From Alphaproteobacteria bacterium (GTDB lineage Bacteria > Pseudomonadota > Alphaproteobacteria > CBDDJK01), in assembly GCA_965229675.1 (NCBI GenBank), contig OZ245897.1:1366488-1430487 (forward strand): 64,000 bases of DNA, read 5' to 3'. This document shows, piece by piece, positions 59,982-64,000 of this stretch. The position numbers and the translations under genes were made by a program. Each line of letters begins with the position of its first letter. The stretch's first letter is position 1. The notes beneath the pieces are model-generated. The model was not told the origin of the DNA, searched no databases, and saw only the letters and a program-made list of their open reading frames with translations.

Positions 59982-62214
59982 GACTGATACAGCTTCGCCT
60001 GAAGCCGCTAATGTCACTTCTGGAAGATTAAATGAACAGTTAGACCGCGCCAAAGCCGCAGGAAGCTGGCTTGGTGAAAATTATAAAAGCCTATTAAGCA
60101 ACACAGAAATTTACTTACCCTTAGGGGTATTGGGGATTTTATGTATGTTGTTGGTTCCATTACCAACTTGGATAATGGATATTATGCTTGCCTTTTCGAT
60201 CTCTACTGCAGTGATTGTTTTAATGGCGGTTATATTCGTTGATCGTCCTGTACGCCTTAGTGCGTTTCCCATCATTCTTTTATTAGCAGCATTATTAAGG
60301 TTGGGGCTGAATGTTGCCTCAACAAGACTGATCTTATCAGATGGCCATACAGGAACTGATGCTGCGGGTGAAGTTATCCAAGCCTTTGGTAATTTTGTTG
60401 CGGGGGGAAGTTACGTCATTGGGATTATCGTGTTCGCAATTTTGGTAATCATTAATTTTATTGTGATCACGAAAGGGTCTGGACGGATTGCAGAAGTCGC
60501 CGCAAGATTTTCATTGGATGCCATGCCTGGGAAGCAGATGGCAATCGATTCTGAACAGTCTTCTGGGCAAATTACCGAGGAGGAAGCAAGAACAAGACGA
60601 TCTGAATTACAGCGCGAAAGTGATTTTTATGGATCAATGGATGGTGCGACTAAGTTTGTACGCGGCGATGCGATTGCAGGGCTTTTAATCACATTCATTA
60701 ATGTAATCGGTGGGATCATCATTGGGGTTATGCAACGCGATATGGCGCTTGCAACGGCGGCTGAGAATTATACTTTATTAACGATTGGGGATGGGTTGGT
60801 TTCACAAATTCCTGGGATTATTATATCAATTTCAGCAGGTATTTTAGTTACTAAATCTGGAATTGAGGGGAATACGCAAACAGCCCTTAGCGGACAATTA
60901 GCAAAAGAACCAATGGCATTAATCATCGCAGGGATGTTAATGTTGGCACTTGCCATGATTCCAGGCTTGCCTCCCGTACCCTTTTTATTAATGTTTTTAA
61001 TTGGTTGCGGTGCAGGTGGTTATTTATGGTTTCGGCGTGTGGTACCACAAGATTCCCATAATAAAGATAACATGCCAATTGGCCGTGATCCTGCCGACCC
61101 TGCAACGCCACGAATGCAAAGCGATGGCATGCCAGAAGAACCCCCTGAAGACCGCAATCCAATGATGATTACGGCATTACGAATCCAAATTGGTTATGGT
61201 TTATTGCCTATGCTTACTGGTTTGCAAGGCGGGGCTAGGGAAACAGATCAAAATTTTCAAAAACATGTGGATGGTTTACGTAACGAGCTGCTAACCCAAA
61301 TGGGCTTTATCATGCCAAAAGTTCGATTGGTTGATGATATGAATTTATCTGCAAATGAATATCGAATCTTTATCAAAGAAATTGAAGTTGGGCGTGGTGA
61401 ATTGCGCCCTAATCGTTTGCTTTGTATTTCAACAGATGCGGATCAAGACACAAGATATAAGGTGCGTGGCGAAAAAACCCTTGATCCTGCTTTTAATGTA
61501 CCTGCCGTTTGGATTACAGAAAATCAACGCGAAGAAGCTATGTTCAACGGCTATACTGTTATTGAGCCAATGAGCGTATTATCCACCCATTTAAGTGAAT
61601 TGGTTAAGCAATATATGTCAGAATTGCTAACCTATAGCATGACGCAGGAATTGGTTGATGGCATGCATGATATGCATAAAGGGTTGGTAAAAGAATTGAT
61701 TCCGCAGATCTTTACCATATCCACCTTACAAAAAACATTACAAGGATTGTTGGTTGAACAAGTTTCAATTCGTGATATGCCTTTGATTATTGAAGCCTTA
61801 GGGGATGCCGTGATGGCAAAGCGTAGTGCCTCTCAATCGATTGAGCATGTACGAAGCTATCTCTCCCGCCAGATTTGTCATTCCTTAGCAGATGCCGAAG
61901 GCGCAATGCCCGTGGTCACGCTTGGGGCAAGATGGGATCAAATCTTAACCGAATCCTTAACGCCAAGAAATGAAAGTGGTGATTATGTGATTAATCTTGA
62001 ACCAAGGCTTACACGTGATTTTATCCATATGGTTGAACAAACTTATAATAATGTCGTAAAAGAAAAGAAAGTCACGCCTATTTTACTGGTTAATCCTGCG
62101 TTGCGTCCTTATGTGCGTTCACTGCTTTATCGTCAAATGCCAAATTTCGCAGTTATTTCTATGAATGAAATTTATCCAAAGGCTAAATTTTATAGTTTGG
62201 GTGAAATTGAATAG
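59974..62214 (+). CDS. flhA: Flagellar type III export gate protein FlhA
   Basis: An eight-TM N-terminal domain with FHIPEP-like VITKGSGRIAEVAARFSLDAMPGKQMAID, plus a large cytoplasmic domain. Confidence 0.95.
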   Translation: MAETDTASPEAANVTSGRLNEQLDRAKAAGSWLGENYKSLLSNTEIYLPLGVLGILCMLLVPLPTWIMDIMLAFSISTAVIVLMAVIFVDRPVRLSAFPIILLLAALLRLGLNVASTRLILSDGHTGTDAAGEVIQAFGNFVAGGSYVIGIIVFAILVIINFIVITKGSGRIAEVAARFSLDAMPGKQMAIDSEQSSGQITEEEARTRRSELQRESDFYGSMDGATKFVRGDAIAGLLITFINVIGGIIIGVMQRDMALATAAENYTLLTIGDGLVSQIPGIIISISAGILVTKSGIEGNTQTALSGQLAKEPMALIIAGMLMLALAMIPGLPPVPFLLMFLIGCGAGGYLWFRRVVPQDSHNKDNMPIGRDPADPATPRMQSDGMPEEPPEDRNPMMITALRIQIGYGLLPMLTGLQGGARETDQNFQKHVDGLRNELLTQMGFIMPKVRLVDDMNLSANEYRIFIKEIEVGRGELRPNRLLCISTDADQDTRYKVRGEKTLDPAFNVPAVWITENQREEAMFNGYTVIEPMSVLSTHLSELVKQYMSELLTYSMTQELVDGMHDMHKGLVKELIPQIFTISTLQKTLQGLLVEQVSIRDMPLIIEALGDAVMAKRSASQSIEHVRSYLSRQICHSLADAEGAMPVVTLGARWDQILTESLTPRNESGDYVINLEPRLTRDFIHMVEQTYNNVVKEKKVTPILLVNPALRPYVRSLLYRQMPNFAVISMNEIYPKAKFYSLGEIE

Positions 62215-62228
62215 GATTTAATCAGGCT

Positions 62229-62918
62229 TTGCATAAAACATATCATGAAAAAATATGGGATGGGCTTGAGGATTTAGCGGAAAAAGAGCAAACTAGCCTT
62301 TCCCGTTTAGCCTTAATGGCTGGATTAAATGGTACGGCTTTTAATCATTCAAAGCGTTTTTCTATTACCAATCATCGCCCGCGCTGGCCATCAACGGAAA
62401 CGCTTGCTAAGGTTTTAGAGGTTACCAATTATACCCTTGGTGATTTTGCAAGATTGATCGGCGAGGATTCCCCTGATCAATCGAATAATATTCCTATGAT
62501 TGGATTAAATAGGGCTAGATTTTCTGACGCATTTAGCCCTGCAGGTGTTCCACAAATAAATGATGCGCAAGAATCGTTATGGGAGTTTAAATCGGCTGAT
62601 CTTATCTCCCCAATCAACTTACCAAGGGGGGCTTTTAGCAAAAAAGACTATCCTATTTATTGGTTATTAAGAATTGATGATCAAACTTATAAACCGCAAT
62701 TTAACGAGGGGTCATTATTATTAATATCAACCGAAGCATCTATTCAAAAAGATACGCTTATCCTTCTTTGTCATGCGAATAAAGAATTAACTTTATGTCG
62801 CTTATTAAAGCAAACCTTACATAGAATAGAGATACAACGCCTTAATAATGGCGCAATTGAGGCTTTAACGCTTCAAGATGTGGCTTGGCTATGCCGTATT
62901 CTATGGGCGCAATTTTAA
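62229..62918 (+). CDS. HTH / S24(LexA-CI)-like transcriptional regulator with apparently degenerate catalytic dyad
   Basis: TTG start. The N-terminal HEKIWDGLEDLAEKEQTSLSRLALMAGLNGTAFNHSKR...RPRWPSTETLAKVLE and C-terminal VAWLCRILWAQF match a conserved alphaproteobacterial COG2932-like family as I recall it. Confidence 0.65.
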   Translation: MHKTYHEKIWDGLEDLAEKEQTSLSRLALMAGLNGTAFNHSKRFSITNHRPRWPSTETLAKVLEVTNYTLGDFARLIGEDSPDQSNNIPMIGLNRARFSDAFSPAGVPQINDAQESLWEFKSADLISPINLPRGAFSKKDYPIYWLLRIDDQTYKPQFNEGSLLLISTEASIQKDTLILLCHANKELTLCRLLKQTLHRIEIQRLNNGAIEALTLQDVAWLCRILWAQF

Positions 62919-63333
62919 TGATCGTAGCGGTGATCGTTTGCGAAATTGGATGGGCATTGATAAAGATTTGTTTTACAATTCAGAGCAAATTGCCATCTTA
63001 CCGATGGGTTTTTGCTATCCTGGCACAGGAAAATCAGGGGACTTGCCGCCACGCAAAGAATGTGCGGTTCAATGGCGTAACCAAATGCTTGCACTGATGC
63101 CTAATATTCAGCTTGCCCTTGTTATTGGACAATACGCACTTGATTGGCATTTGAAAGATCGTAAGAAAAAGAACCTGACTGAAACCATAAAAGCATGACA
63201 AGATTATTGGCCAGATAATTTACCGCTTCCCCATCCAAGTCCACGCAACAATATCTGGTTTAAGAAAAATCCATGGTTTGCAACAGATGTGTTACCAGAA
63301 TTAAAATTAAAAATCTCTTCGCTGTTTGATTAA
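62878..63333 (+). pseudogene. Uracil-DNA glycosylase family gene remnant (5'-truncated, in-frame TGA)
   Basis: NFNDRSGDRLRNWMGI...ILPMGFCYPG...GDLPPRKEC...LTETIKA-TGA(63196)-QDYWPDNLPLPHPSPRNNIWFKKNPWF...* all lie in one frame. The roughly 55-aa N-terminal part, including the G(Q/E)APG active-site motif, is absent, and the frame overlaps the end of the preceding gene. Confidence 0.7.
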
Positions 63334-63339
63334 AGTATT

Positions 63340-63564
63340 TTAAAGTAATTTATCAAAGGCTAGCAAAACCGCAACGGCGGCAACAATCATACCGCCAATT
63401 TTGACAATAATTTCATTTTTAAGTTCAGCAAGTGCTGCCCTTAAATCAGTTTTACTAACAAGATTTTTGCCTTCACTTACAGCTGAAGCTGCTGCACGTG
63501 CCTTGGCTTCGGACGCACCTGCTTCAATCAACGCATCATATACTTCAGATACCATAACACTCAT
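63340..63564 (-). CDS. Small C-terminally membrane-anchored coiled-coil protein (DUF1640-like)
   Basis: 74 aa with an Ala/Glu-rich helix followed by the hydrophobic tail IGGMIVAAVAVLLAF. The family assignment is tentative. Confidence 0.4.
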   Translation of the reverse strand: MSVMVSEVYDALIEAGASEAKARAAASAVSEGKNLVSKTDLRAALAELKNEIIVKIGGMIVAAVAVLLAFDKLL

Positions 63565-63644
63565 ATCAACTCCTTAAATAATTTATTGATTTATTTTTTA
63601 AAAAATAACACAAACCTTGAAAAATATAAATAAATTTCAATAAG

Positions 63645-63923
63645 TCACACCATGCCAATGGTGGACATATAAAGGACTAATAAATCTTCTTCCTCACGGC
63701 GTTTATCTGGGTCTTGTTTGCGCAGGCTAACAAGTTTACGTAAGATTTTAACATCAAAACCGTCAGATTTTGCTTCAAGATAAATATCACGAATATCTTC
63801 GCCGATATTTTTCTTCTCTTCTTCCAGTCGTTCAATGCGTTCGATAATAGATCGTAATCTTGCCCCAGACTCACTTGGGGCAGCAGCAGATGCAGATAAA
63901 GATGCAGGGTCTGTATTATCCAT
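63645..63923 (-). CDS. gapR: GapR / DUF2312 (UPF0335) nucleoid-associated protein
   Basis: LRSIIERIERLEEEKKNIGEDIRDIYLEAKSDGFDVKILRKLVSLRKQD is the hallmark DUF2312 sequence. Confidence 0.8.
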   Translation of the reverse strand: MDNTDPASLSASAAAPSESGARLRSIIERIERLEEEKKNIGEDIRDIYLEAKSDGFDVKILRKLVSLRKQDPDKRREEEDLLVLYMSTIGMV

Positions 63924-64000
63924 GATGGGTAGGCTCCTATTCCATGTATAAAACGGGGTTTATCTTATTTCCCATTTATGATATTCAAATAAATAGATAA

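Noticed and set aside
62885-63097. An alternative 70-aa ORF (MAMPYSMGAILMIVAVIV...) overlapping the UDG remnant.
   Set aside because: It is a hydrophobic shadow frame with no support, and the UDG-homologous frame explains the region.
63196-63198. The in-frame TGA in the UDG-like gene might mean TGA codes for Trp (genetic code 4).
   Set aside because: prpE (9956-9958), djlA (39619-39621) and fliH (57404-57406) all end at TGA with family-typical lengths. No other gene in the window is interrupted by TGA. A nonsense mutation in a decaying gene is the simpler reading.
1-64000. A search for tRNA, rRNA, tmRNA, CRISPR arrays, prophage blocks or defence-island hallmarks.
   Set aside because: The intergenic spacers are short and AT-rich, with no tRNA-like GC-rich cloverleaf candidates and no spaced repeat arrays. 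There are no integrase, restriction, Cas, Abi or toxin-antitoxin-like genes. I therefore do not claim a novel system here.

Overview
This window looks like a chromosomal segment of an AT-leaning alphaproteobacterium. The lineage markers are GapR/DUF2312, FlbD, RpoH, the argS-SPOR gene order, a hemC-hemD-alphaMIC60-hemY gene order and the conserved alphaproteobacterial YbjN-domain protein. Almost all of it is densely packed housekeeping DNA.

Gene content, in order:
- 1-7.1 kb: a small surface-glycan or accessory islet (FkbM methyltransferase, alpha/beta hydrolase, IS element, SAM methyltransferase, asnB-type amidotransferase, GT4 glycosyltransferase).
- gloB, prpE-like and acs acyl-CoA synthetases, and a TAXI-type TRAP transporter.
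- priA, htrA, a hyuA-like gene, argS and rpoH.
- Three isolated cobalamin genes (cobB, cbiD, cobK), then trmB.
- rplM-rpsI, folD, yggS, an MsbA-like ABC exporter, and an oxidoreductase plus TIM-barrel pair.
- djlA, an ampD-like amidase, hemC-hemD-alphaMIC60-hemY, thyA-folA, lon, erpA and rne.
- A flagellar class-II type cluster: fliM, fliF-fliG-fliH-fliN-motA-flbD-flhA.
- A CI/LexA-like regulator, a uracil-DNA-glycosylase remnant and gapR.

I see no rRNA, tRNA or CRISPR array. I found no convincing novel multi-gene system such as a defence island, and I do not want to overclaim one.

The points most worth a second look:
1. Four independent gene lesions in 64 kb: an IS1016-group insertion splitting a methyltransferase gene, with an exactly reconstructable target; a 1-nt frameshift in thyA; a 1-nt frameshift in cobB; and a uracil-DNA glycosylase gene that is 5'-truncated and carries an in-frame TGA.
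2. A perfect sigma-54 promoter (TGGCAC-N5-TTGCA) in front of the YbjN-domain gene.
3. A GC-rich 29-bp direct repeat pair in the otherwise AT-rich acs upstream region.
4. An intrinsic terminator in the 'wrong' orientation, plus a 17-bp palindrome, between fliM and fliF.

All calls come from reading the sequence and recalling family motifs. No database search was run.
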